The notes below the pieces were generated by a model that was not told the DNA's origin, made no database searches, and saw nothing but the letters and a program-made list of their open reading frames with translations. This document shows, piece after piece, positions 9,506 through 17,888 of a DNA stretch of 64,000 nucleotides (its first letter is position 1; each line of letters begins with the position of its first letter). The DNA comes from Oscillospiraceae bacterium. Lineage in GTDB: Bacteria > Bacillota > Clostridia > Oscillospirales > CAG-272. The position numbers and the translations under genes are program-made. Location of the stretch: assembly GCA_015064505.1 (NCBI GenBank), contig SVSB01000006.1:1233-65232 (forward strand), given 5' to 3'.

Positions 9506-10115
9506 GATACTTGGTGTTTCTCCAACCGCAAGCGATGAGGAAATAAAAAAAGCCTATCGCGAGCTTGCAAAAAAATACCACCCGGATAATTACGCGGGAA
9601 CCCCCACTGCCGATCTTGCAACCGAGAAGATGCAAGAGATCAACGAAGCTTACAGCCGCATACAGTCTGAGCGTGCTTCGGGGGCAAGAGGTACCGGCAG
9701 CGGCTACAGCGGCTACGGCGCAGGCGGAAGCGGCGTGTTTGCCGAGGTTAGAAGGCACATAAACAACGGTAGCTTTGCCGAGGCAAGAGTTATTCTGGAG
9801 GGTGTTTCCTCCGCCCAAAGAAACGCGGAATGGAACTTCCTTATGGGAGTGCTTTATTACCGCCAGGGCTGGTACCACGATGCGGCAAGATATTTTGATA
9901 TTGCCTGCAGCATGGATCCGGGCAACGCGGAATACAGAAGCGCCCGCCAGCGTATGTCGGGCGGCACTTACGACGGAGATTACGGCAGACAGAGAGATAT
10001 TTATTCCTCGGGAAGAAGCATTGAATCCCAATTCTGTACCTGTTGCACGAATCTGATGATACTTGACTGCTGTGGCGAATGCTGCTGTGGATGTGATATT
10101 CTTCCCGGATGCTGA
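9489..10115 (+). CDS. J-domain protein with a TPR-like middle region and a C-terminal cysteine string
   Basis: J domain [31 protein letters not shown] with the HPD tripeptide. A Gly/Ser linker and a TPR-like segment ([35 protein letters not shown]) follow. The tail is [26 protein letters not shown]. Confidence 0.85.
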   Translation: MSDPYKILGVSPTASDEEIKKAYRELAKKYHPDNYAGTPTADLATEKMQEINEAYSRIQSERASGARGTGSGYSGYGAGGSGVFAEVRRHINNGSFAEARVILEGVSSAQRNAEWNFLMGVLYYRQGWYHDAARYFDIACSMDPGNAEYRSARQRMSGGTYDGDYGRQRDIYSSGRSIESQFCTCCTNLMILDCCGECCCGCDILPGC

Positions 10116-10116
10116 T

Positions 10117-10641
10117 ATGAAAAAGCGCATAAATACGAAGCAATACGCCTTGACCGCAATGCTCTCGGCGCTTTCCGTTGTGCTGATGCTTGCAACGTAT
10201 TTCGCGGAGACCGCTTCCCTTTCCGTTGCGGCAGTTGCAGCCCTTTCCGTTCTTATTCTGCTTTGCGAATACGGTGTTGGAAGCGCGGTGGGATGTTACG
10301 CAATTACGGCGATTCTTTCCTTGCTCTTCTGCCCCGTCAAGGATGCGCCCATAGCTTATATAGCGTTTTTCGGTATATATCCCATGGTTAAGCGTGTAGC
10401 GGAAATGAAAAGCAAGGTACTGAAGTATACAATAAAGGGAGCGGCGCTCGTTATCGCCGTTGTGGCTTATACGGCTTCCACCCTTATATTTTTTCCCGAG
10501 GAGCTTGCGGGCTCTCCCATTTACTATTACTTATTCGTTCCCGTGTGTATTATCGCATTTTTGATGTATGACAAATGCCTTACGCTGTTTATCAGACTGT
10601 ACGCATTAAAGTTGCGACCGAAAATAGCTAAATATCTGTAA
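10117..10641 (+). CDS. integral membrane protein, function unknown
   Basis: Start set at ATG 10117, 1 nt after the J-protein stop (MKKRINTKQYALTAMLSALSVVLML). There are several hydrophobic helices. I recognised no family. Confidence 0.6.
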   Translation: MKKRINTKQYALTAMLSALSVVLMLATYFAETASLSVAAVAALSVLILLCEYGVGSAVGCYAITAILSLLFCPVKDAPIAYIAFFGIYPMVKRVAEMKSKVLKYTIKGAALVIAVVAYTASTLIFFPEELAGSPIYYYLFVPVCIIAFLMYDKCLTLFIRLYALKLRPKIAKYL

Positions 10642-10644
10642 AAA

Positions 10645-10676
10645 AGCTGTGTGCCGAGGCACACAGCTTTTTTATT
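10645..10676. terminator. bidirectional intrinsic terminator
   Basis: AGCTGTGTGCC-GA-GGCACACAGCT hairpin (10645-10668) is flanked by an A-run upstream and a T-run downstream. It sits between convergent genes. Confidence 0.75.
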
Positions 10677-11562
10677 CTTTTCTATGCTCAACGCCTCTTG
10701 ATCTGTTAAGCTCCTTGCGGAATTTTGCGGGGGTGATGCCCTTTATCTTGCTGAAGCAGGAGATGAAATGACTTGCCGAGGAGAAACCCGTTTCCGCGGC
10801 TATTTCGGTTATACTGTCATTACCCGAGGTAAGGAGGCGCTCTGCGGCGTTTACGCGCACGGTGATAATATATTCCGAATAACTCATACCGACGGAGCTG
10901 TGAAAAAGATGTGAAAAATAATTATAGCTGAGCCCGCAATGCTCTGCGGTATCCTGCATGGTGGCAGTGGAGTGATTCTCAACCGTATATATAACGGCTT
11001 TTTTTATTATCTCAGGCATTTCGTGGTGGTCTACGGTAACGCCCTTGCGCTCCCAGATCCGGAATATTATCGATATCAACTTAAGGATATTTGCGCGGAT
11101 CACAAGCTCGTATGCGTAGCTTTCATCCTCCCATTCCTCCATGATCTCAGCAAGAAGCGGCTCAATGGCGGTGCCGCGGGTATCTTCTGCACTTAGTACG
11201 TAATTATCCTCTTCCCCCGATATAAAAGGAAGCACGTATTTAAAATCCCATAGCGACTGCTCGTTATCGTAGAGAATTCCGGGAAGAAACTTTATGCAGT
11301 AAAATACCGCGTCGGTTTCAAGGCACGTAGCGTGTGCCTTTTGTGCGTTGACGATTACGGTACTGCCGGGACGCACCTCCAGCACCTTGTCGTTAATAAG
11401 TACGGAGCCTTCCCCCTCCACAAAATAAAGAAGCTCTATATAATCGTGATAATGATAATATATGCTTTTATTATCCGGAACGCACTTCACCTTGCGCAGG
11501 AGACAATGTGCCCATCTTTGGACGTTGTTTTTTGTATATATTTTCTCACGCTTAATATCCAT
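10672..11562 (-). CDS. AraC family transcriptional regulator (cupin sensor plus HTH)
   Basis: 296 aa. The N-terminal half is cupin-like. The C-terminal half has an AraC-type double HTH (SITEIAAETGFSSASHFISCFSKIKGITPAKFR). It is divergent from the sugar-oxidation cluster. Confidence 0.85.
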   Translation of the reverse strand: MDIKREKIYTKNNVQRWAHCLLRKVKCVPDNKSIYYHYHDYIELLYFVEGEGSVLINDKVLEVRPGSTVIVNAQKAHATCLETDAVFYCIKFLPGILYDNEQSLWDFKYVLPFISGEEDNYVLSAEDTRGTAIEPLLAEIMEEWEDESYAYELVIRANILKLISIIFRIWERKGVTVDHHEMPEIIKKAVIYTVENHSTATMQDTAEHCGLSYNYFSHLFHSSVGMSYSEYIITVRVNAAERLLTSGNDSITEIAAETGFSSASHFISCFSKIKGITPAKFRKELNRSRGVEHRKE

Positions 11563-11665
11563 ACAAGACCAACCGTAAATTTTTGATATTTTTAAGTAAT
11601 CATATTATATCATACTTTTTTTGCATATGCTATAATTTTTACATAAAAAATATCGGAGGTGCGAT

Positions 11666-12739
11666 ATGGATAAAAAGCTAAAAGTTGGTATTATAGGACT
11701 TGGCGGCATCTGCAAAGCCGTGCACATGCCCGCTTATCAGCAAATGAAGAACGTGGAGGTTGCAGCGATCTGCGACATAAATCCCGCAAAGATCGATGCA
11801 TTCAAGGAAAAATTCGAGCTTTCCGCCGATATTCCCGCTTTCACGGACTACAAGGAGCTTCTGTGCGTTGAGGGTCTTGACTTTATTGACATCTGTACCC
11901 CTAACTACCTGCACTCCATCATTGCCGTTGACGCCCTTGAAAAGGGATTGCACGTATTTACGGAAAAGCCCGACGCCGTCTCCCCCGAGGAAGCGGAAAG
12001 AATGATGCACGCGGCAGAAAAAAGCGGCAAGCATCTTATGGCAATGCGCAATAACCGATACCGCGGAAATGCAAAATATCTGAAGAAATATATAAACGAA
12101 GGCAGAATGGGCGAGGTATATTGCGCACGTTGCGGTTGGATACGCAGACGCGGCATCCCCGGCAAGGGAGGCTGGTTTACCACGAAAGAGCAATCCGGCG
12201 GCGGTCCACTCATCGACCTTGGCGTGCATATGATCGACCTTGCCATCTGGCTTATGGGCAATCCCCGCCCCGTTGCGGTATCGGGATGCACTTACCGCAA
12301 ATTCGCTGACAGCGACGTAAGCGACTCCGTCCATTCCCAGTTCGGCGAAAAGAAGGCAGACGGCGTCTTTGACGTTGAGGATCTTGCAATGGGCTTTATC
12401 CGCTTTGATAACGGTGCTTGCCTGCAGATAGAGACCTCCTGGGCTTCCAACATCGAAAAGGAGGAGCTTTTCGTTGAGCTCCGCGGTACGAAGGCAGGCT
12501 GTAAATTCAGCTCACTTACGGGCACTAAAATATTTGCCGAGGACGGCGGTCAGATCGTTGACGTTGCTCCCGTATTCGGCAAGGATCCCTCCATCCACGG
12601 ACAGAATCTTCAGCACTTCGTTGACGTACTTGCCAACGGCGCAGAGCCTGCGTTCCGTCCTATCGAGGGCGTGCACATGATAAAGATCATCTCCGCTATC
12701 TATAAGTCTGCGGAGCTTGGCAGAGAGATTCTGCTTTAA
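11666..12739 (+). CDS. Gfo/Idh/MocA family oxidoreductase
   Basis: 357 aa. N-terminal Rossmann motif [19 protein letters not shown] and the EKP motif (FTEKPDA). RBS is GGAGGTG. Confidence 0.85.
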   Translation: MDKKLKVGIIGLGGICKAVHMPAYQQMKNVEVAAICDINPAKIDAFKEKFELSADIPAFTDYKELLCVEGLDFIDICTPNYLHSIIAVDALEKGLHVFTEKPDAVSPEEAERMMHAAEKSGKHLMAMRNNRYRGNAKYLKKYINEGRMGEVYCARCGWIRRRGIPGKGGWFTTKEQSGGGPLIDLGVHMIDLAIWLMGNPRPVAVSGCTYRKFADSDVSDSVHSQFGEKKADGVFDVEDLAMGFIRFDNGACLQIETSWASNIEKEELFVELRGTKAGCKFSSLTGTKIFAEDGGQIVDVAPVFGKDPSIHGQNLQHFVDVLANGAEPAFRPIEGVHMIKIISAIYKSAELGREILL

Positions 12740-12749
12740 GGAGGAATTT

Positions 12750-13454
12750 ATGAACGTTACGATCTGGAACGAGAATCTCCACGAACAAAAAAGCGAGAAG
12801 GTGCGTGAGCTTCACCCCAAGGGTATCCACGGCACTATTGCCGCGATTCTTGAGGAAGAGGGGCACGTCTGCACCCTTGCCACCCTTGATATGGAAGAGC
12901 ACGGACTTACAGAGGAGGTGCTTGCAAACACCGACGTGCTTCTCTGGTGGGGACATATCGGCCACCGTCTTGTAAGTGACGAGATAGTAGAAAGAGTATA
13001 TAACCGCGTGCAGGAGGGTATGGGACTTATAGTTCTCCACTCGGGTCACCACTCCAAAATATTCAAAAAGCTGATGGGAACCACCTGCAATCTGAAATGG
13101 CGCCACGGCGCAAGAGAGAGAATATGGACGATAAAGCCAAGCCACCCCATTGCCGCAGGAGTTGAGGACGGTTTTCTTCTTGAATGTGAGGAGATGTACG
13201 GCGAGGCCTTTGATATTCCGAACCCCGAGGACGTGATCTTTATGGGATGGTTCAACGGCGGAGAGGTGTTCAGAAGCGGATGCACCTGGACCCGCGGCAA
13301 CGGAAAAATATTCTACTTCCAGCCGGGTCACGAAACCGATAGCGCGTACAAAAATCCCAACGTGCGCCAAATAATCAAGAACACCGTTAAATGGGCGTGT
13401 CCCACCGTACGCGGTGCTATTCCCGTAATGAAATTTGAGCCGCTTGAAAAATAA
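12750..13454 (+). CDS. ThuA-domain protein (trehalose-utilisation-like, GATase1-like fold)
   Basis: Start set at ATG 12750 behind AGGAGGAA. The sequence [13 protein letters not shown]...[15 protein letters not shown]...LLWWGH...LHSGHHSK resembles ThuA family proteins. Confidence 0.7.
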   Translation: MNVTIWNENLHEQKSEKVRELHPKGIHGTIAAILEEEGHVCTLATLDMEEHGLTEEVLANTDVLLWWGHIGHRLVSDEIVERVYNRVQEGMGLIVLHSGHHSKIFKKLMGTTCNLKWRHGARERIWTIKPSHPIAAGVEDGFLLECEEMYGEAFDIPNPEDVIFMGWFNGGEVFRSGCTWTRGNGKIFYFQPGHETDSAYKNPNVRQIIKNTVKWACPTVRGAIPVMKFEPLEK

Positions 13455-13463
13455 GGAGGAAAT

Positions 13464-14429
13464 ATGGAGCTTTCCGTAATGTCGCCCGTGCTTGCAAGCA
13501 TGGAGCTTGAAGCCGCCCTTGAATATCTGCACGGTCTGGGAGTTGACTCCCTTGAGATCGGGGCGGGCGGATACCCGGGCAAGGCACATCTTGACCCCAA
13601 GGACTATCTTGGTTTTCCCGAAAAAATCGAAGGTCTCAAGGCACTTCTGAAGAAGCACGGCATGAAGATATCCGCCGTTGCATGCCACGGAAACCCCGTG
13701 CATCCCAACAAGGAAATAGCAGAACGCTTTCATAAAGAGTTCGTGGACGCTATGAAGATCGCCGCCGCCCTTGAAGTGGATACGGTGGTATGCTTCTCAG
13801 GCTGCCCGGGCGATTGCGAGGAATCAAAGAATCCCAACTGGGTCACCTGCGCGTGGCCGCCTGACTATCTTGAGATCCTTGAATGGCAATGGAACGAGGT
13901 GCTTATTCCCTACTGGAAAAAGACCGCCGCCCTTGCAAAGGAGATCGGCATTAAAAAATTCGCCTTTGAGATGCATCCCGGATTTTGCGTTTACAATCCC
14001 GCAACGCTTCTGCGGCTCAGAGCTGCAGTAGGCGATATCGTAGGTGCAAACGTTGACCCCAGCCATCTTTTCTGGCAGGGTATGGATCCCGTAGAGTCCA
14101 TTCGCGCCCTCAAGGGAGCAATACACCACTTCCACGCAAAGGACACGCGTATTGACGAAGCAAATACCAAAGTAAACGGCGTGCTTGACACGGGCAGCTA
14201 CGGGGATATTCTGAACAGAAGCTGGATATTCCGCACGGTCGGTTACGGCCACAACGAAAGCGTATGGAACGATATAATCAGTATGCTTAAGGCAGTAGGC
14301 TACGACGGGGCCATCAGCATAGAGCACGAGGATGCGCTGATGTCACCCAAGGAAGGTCTTGAAAAAGCGGTTGCGCTGCTTAAAAAGGCCATAATTTACG
14401 AAAAGGCAGGTGATATGTGGTGGGCGTAG
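13464..14429 (+). CDS. sugar phosphate isomerase/epimerase (xylose-isomerase-like TIM barrel)
   Basis: 321 aa. Features are LEIGAGGYPG, FEMHPG, HFHAKD and ISIEHED, typical of AP-endonuclease-2/xylose-isomerase-like TIM barrels. RBS is AAGGAGGAA. Confidence 0.8.
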   Translation: MELSVMSPVLASMELEAALEYLHGLGVDSLEIGAGGYPGKAHLDPKDYLGFPEKIEGLKALLKKHGMKISAVACHGNPVHPNKEIAERFHKEFVDAMKIAAALEVDTVVCFSGCPGDCEESKNPNWVTCAWPPDYLEILEWQWNEVLIPYWKKTAALAKEIGIKKFAFEMHPGFCVYNPATLLRLRAAVGDIVGANVDPSHLFWQGMDPVESIRALKGAIHHFHAKDTRIDEANTKVNGVLDTGSYGDILNRSWIFRTVGYGHNESVWNDIISMLKAVGYDGAISIEHEDALMSPKEGLEKAVALLKKAIIYEKAGDMWWA

Positions 14430-15490
14430 TTCATAAGCTTGGTATCATCGGCTTTGGCGGTATGGCAAGAATACATTACGATAAGCTGCTCCTTCCCCGC
14501 TACAGACGTTTTGAGGTAAAGGGTATATTCGATATAAGTCCCCTCGCTTGCGAGGCGGCAAAAAAACGCGAGCTGTACGTTTATCCCACCCTTGAAGCAT
14601 TGCTTGAAGATAAGGAGATCGACTGCGTGCTTATCGCCACCACCAATGAGGTACACGGATCTATTGCAAAAAAGGCAATGTACGCGGGTAAAAACGTTAT
14701 CTGCGAAAAGCCCGTTACCATGTCAAGCGCCGAGCTTGCGGAGGTAATGGCGGTTGCCGAAGAAACGGGCAAGGTATACACCATCGACCAGAACCGCCGC
14801 ACGAACCGCGATTTCGTACTGATGAAGCGCAAGGTGGAAAGCGGCGTTATCGGCAAGCCTTACGTGATCGAATCCCGAGTAGAAGGATCCAGAGGTATGC
14901 CAAAAGGCTGGAGAACGCTTAAAAGGCTTGGCGGCGGAATGATGCTTGACTGGGGCGTTCACCTGATCGACCAGCTTATGTATATGGTAAATGAGCCCGT
15001 AATCCAGGTATACTGCAAAATGCTTAAGGTTCAGTACCCGGAGGTGGAGGACAACTTCCACCTTACTATGACCTTTGAGAGCGGTCTTACCGCCATTATT
15101 GAGGTAGGTACCAATAATTACGTTACCCATCCCCGCTGGTACGTTATGGGCGAAGACGGTACCCTCCAGATAGACGGCTGGAACTGCAAAGGAAAAATCG
15201 TTCGCCGTATAGAAAAAGAGGACGTGTGGGCAGAAGAAGTATTTTATACAGAAGCAGGTCCCACAAAAACGATGGCTCCAAGAAGCGAAAAATCCACGGA
15301 AACAATTGAGCTATCCCTTCCCGAGGACGTGGTAGACAGCATCTCCGTCGTCTACGACCAGTTCCTTGACGCGGTAGAAGGCAAGGCAGAGCTTACCGTT
15401 ACTCCCGCCCAGGCAATGCGAGTTATGAAGGTTATGGAAGCCGCATTCCTTTCCGCCGAGGAAAAACGCTCGGTGGACGTAAGGATATAA
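14417..15490 (+). CDS. Gfo/Idh/MocA family oxidoreductase (second copy)
   Basis: 357 aa. Motifs KLGIIGFGGMA and CEKP. A GTG start (14417 or 14420) overlaps the preceding stop. Confidence 0.85.
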   Translation: MVGVVHKLGIIGFGGMARIHYDKLLLPRYRRFEVKGIFDISPLACEAAKKRELYVYPTLEALLEDKEIDCVLIATTNEVHGSIAKKAMYAGKNVICEKPVTMSSAELAEVMAVAEETGKVYTIDQNRRTNRDFVLMKRKVESGVIGKPYVIESRVEGSRGMPKGWRTLKRLGGGMMLDWGVHLIDQLMYMVNEPVIQVYCKMLKVQYPEVEDNFHLTMTFESGLTAIIEVGTNNYVTHPRWYVMGEDGTLQIDGWNCKGKIVRRIEKEDVWAEEVFYTEAGPTKTMAPRSEKSTETIELSLPEDVVDSISVVYDQFLDAVEGKAELTVTPAQAMRVMKVMEAAFLSAEEKRSVDVRI

Positions 15491-15510
15491 AAAGTTAGAA
15501 TACAAAGGAG

Positions 15511-15601
15511 TATGCGGGGATAGTTAGTGAACGAATGAGAATGCGGGGATGGTTAGTGAATGAATGAGAATGCGGGGAATTTCTTGAAAGAAATCCCCCG
15601 C
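15511..15601 (+). repeat. about 2.3 tandem copies of a 29-30-nt unit ending in a hairpin
   Basis: The units are ATGCGGGGATAGTTAGTGAACGAATGAGA, then ATGCGGGGATGGTTAGTGAATGAATGAGA, then ATGCGGGGAATTTCTTGAAAGAAATCCCCCGC. The third unit folds as a 13-bp stem with one mismatch. Confidence 0.8.
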
Positions 15602-15654
15602 GCCCCCAAAGAACTTTCAAACCACTCGTTTGCGAAGCAAACATATCGCACTAG

Positions 15655-15678
15655 AAAAGCGCGCCCTTGCGGCGCGCG
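15655..15678 (-). terminator. intrinsic terminator (minus strand), probably ending the tadA-DUF2179 transcript
   Basis: GC-rich hairpin GCGCGCC-loop-GGCGCGC is followed on the minus strand by UUUUCU. Confidence 0.55.
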
Positions 15679-15750
15679 ACCGCGACTGAGAGGGCAAAGT
15701 CACACCGCATCAATATGATAACAGCAAGACCCCCTGTAGCGTGCAATGAC

Positions 15751-15815
15751 ATAATCCCCTTAGAGTAGACACTCGAAAAAACCAAAAGTGTTCGAGACTA
15801 CACTAAGGGGATTAT
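15751..15815. repeat. 65-nt imperfect inverted repeat (long hairpin)
   Basis: The arms are ATAATCCCCTTAGAGTAGACACTCGAA and TTCGAGACTACACTAAGGGGATTAT. The outer 13 nt are perfectly complementary. Confidence 0.8.
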
Positions 15816-15844
15816 ACCATTTTGCCCAAGCGAGGACGTTATCA

Positions 15845-16387
15845 TTATTTTACCATTCCGTAGCCGCCGGCGTATTTGCTTACGTCGGATGCTACGACGA
15901 ACACTTTATTATCACAGATCGCACGGATCTCTTTAAGAACGACGGAAACCTCCTTACGCGGAAGCACGATAAAGATCATATTCATTTTGTCCTTGGAACC
16001 GTGACCGTCAAAGACCGTATAACCCTTTTCCTTATCTTTAAGGTATTCTATTATCAGCTTGGTGCTTGCGTCGTTTGCGATAAGCTGAAGGTTTGAGGTA
16101 CCAAGGGCGATCTTGCTCTCAATGGTAGAGCCGAGAAAAAGGCCGCAAGCGTATCCGCAAACGTAGAAAAGCAAACGCAGGGGATTATCTCCAAGGGTGC
16201 TGATTATCGTGGATATTACAAGGCCCCACACGGTACATTCAAGCATTCCGAGGCCTGCCGCTTTCAGGCGCTGACCTCTTACCATCATACAGGTCTTAAG
16301 GGATTGAATGGTTATTTCAAGTATTTTTGCGCCGAAAACGATAAAGCAAACGGCTATTGGATGTATTGACGATAAAAATTCCGACAT
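15845..16387 (-). CDS. UPF0316/DUF2179 family membrane protein
   Basis: Start set at ATG 16387 (MSEFLSSIHPIAV) behind AAAGGAA. The N-terminal part has TM helices. The C-terminal soluble domain (GYTVFDGHGSKDKMNMIFIVLPRKE) is typical of DUF2179. Confidence 0.7.
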   Translation of the reverse strand: MSEFLSSIHPIAVCFIVFGAKILEITIQSLKTCMMVRGQRLKAAGLGMLECTVWGLVISTIISTLGDNPLRLLFYVCGYACGLFLGSTIESKIALGTSNLQLIANDASTKLIIEYLKDKEKGYTVFDGHGSKDKMNMIFIVLPRKEVSVVLKEIRAICDNKVFVVASDVSKYAGGYGMVK

Positions 16388-16388
16388 A

Positions 16389-16892
16389 TCAGGATTCCTT
16401 TTTCCTCTTTCTTTTGAAATAACTGCGAAGCGCATCTGCGCATTCCTCTTCAAGCACGCCGCCGACGATCTCAGCCTTATGATTAAGGGGCAAGTCGTTT
16501 AATGACATCAAGGTACCGAAAGCTCCCGCGCGCAAGTCCTTTGCTCCGTAGATAACCCTGCCGATACGGGCATTTATAACCGCGCCCGCGCACATAGGGC
16601 AGGGCTCAAGGGTAACGAACATCTCGCATTCGGGAAGGCGCCAACCGCCAAGAGTGCGGCAAGCCTCGTTAATAGCCATTATCTCTGCGTGGCAAAGGGC
16701 GTTTTTTTCCGTTTCTCGGGCGTTAAATCCTCGTCCAACGATCCTTTCGCCCTTATGCACTATAACCGCCCCAACGGGAACTTCGTCCATCTCCGCGGCT
16801 TTATTTGCAAGCAAAATGGCCTCGCGCATAAAGCGCTCTTCCCTTTCAAGAAGCTTTTCTTCCATCATAAGATCATCCTTATAAGATTCCAT
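16389..16892 (-). CDS. tadA: tRNA adenosine(34) deaminase
   Basis: The CDA-fold zinc motifs HAEIMAI and PCPMCAGA are present. The size is about 150-167 aa. Confidence 0.9.
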   Translation of the reverse strand: MESYKDDLMMEEKLLEREERFMREAILLANKAAEMDEVPVGAVIVHKGERIVGRGFNARETEKNALCHAEIMAINEACRTLGGWRLPECEMFVTLEPCPMCAGAVINARIGRVIYGAKDLRAGAFGTLMSLNDLPLNHKAEIVGGVLEEECADALRSYFKRKRKKES

Positions 16893-17767
16893 ACCGCAAC
16901 GGCAACTATGTAGATTATCGGAACGAGTATTGTAAGAGTATTGCGGCGCTCTGCGGGCTCGTCGGTGTTCTTCTCCAGATTTACAAGCTCGTTTTGCTGA
17001 CGGTTGAAATTAAGCAGAGTAAACACCGCAAAAACCACGCCGCCAAGGAATACAACGCTCCAGATAATGGACTCAACCTGAAGGTACATAGGTGCATCGA
17101 GCTTCACCGCAAGATAGGAAAGAAGCAACGCAAGACCGTTCATGGAGCCGTGCAGCAATACGGGAAGGATCAAAGACCCTGTTGCAATTGCGGTACATCC
17201 AAGAACAAGTCCGGTAACGAAGGTGTATATGGAGCCAAAGAGGTTGAAGTGCATCAGCGAGAAGCATAAAGCGGAAATAATAACAGCATAAAGGCCGCCG
17301 CCAAGGGATTGCAAAAGAGCGTACCTGAAGAACAGCTCTTCACATACCGCAGGCAACAGCACGTACATAAACAGCGCAAAAACAAGCCCACCGACTCCGG
17401 GAAGCAGCTCCATACCGCCAACGGAATAGCTTACCCCAAAGCGCGAGAGCAACTCGCAAAGCTTAACGTTTATAAGCAGCGCACCGCACATAACCGCAAG
17501 AGAGATAAAAAACATGGGAAAAGCAGGCATACAATTGATACGCAGCTTTCTCTTTATCGTTGCGGGCGCGCCGCTGTACCGATAAAACACAACGGGAAGA
17601 AGACAGGCAAGGACCTGAAGAATCTTTGAAAGCGTTATCCGAACCACAGGGTCGCTTATGCCGCCAAGCCAGATTCCTTGCAATATTATAAATACAAAAT
17701 GCAGACAGAGCAAGAAGCCAACGGGCATCTCTCTTTCTGTGCGCAGTCCGTTATCGTTAGATCTCAT
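16865..17767 (-). CDS. CPBP family intramembrane glutamic endopeptidase (CAAX protease-like)
   Basis: Multi-TM protein with EELFFRYALLQSL, FSLMHF and HGSMN motifs. Start preferred at ATG 17767 (MRSNDNG) behind a GGAG RBS. The track start at 17797 is also possible. Confidence 0.8.
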   Translation of the reverse strand: MRSNDNGLRTEREMPVGFLLCLHFVFIILQGIWLGGISDPVVRITLSKILQVLACLLPVVFYRYSGAPATIKRKLRINCMPAFPMFFISLAVMCGALLINVKLCELLSRFGVSYSVGGMELLPGVGGLVFALFMYVLLPAVCEELFFRYALLQSLGGGLYAVIISALCFSLMHFNLFGSIYTFVTGLVLGCTAIATGSLILPVLLHGSMNGLALLLSYLAVKLDAPMYLQVESIIWSVVFLGGVVFAVFTLLNFNRQQNELVNLEKNTDEPAERRNTLTILVPIIYIVAVAVWNLIRMIL

Positions 17768-17888
17768 AATAACTCCAAAAGAAAATAAAAGGGGCATTCC
17801 CGGCAGATGGCGCCATGCAGAATGCCCCTGAGTACCGTATTACAGCGGCTAAGCCGCAACAGCACAAGTCAAATGTGAAATATTCAGA

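Noticed and set aside
12696-13733. 345-aa minus-strand ORF
   Set aside because: It is antisense to the ThuA-like and TIM-barrel genes, which have good RBSs and operon spacing. It spans an intergenic junction, which a real gene would be unlikely to do.
15511-15601. Possible degenerate CRISPR or minisatellite
   Set aside because: There are only about 2.3 contiguous copies without spacers and no cas genes. It is kept as a simple tandem repeat.
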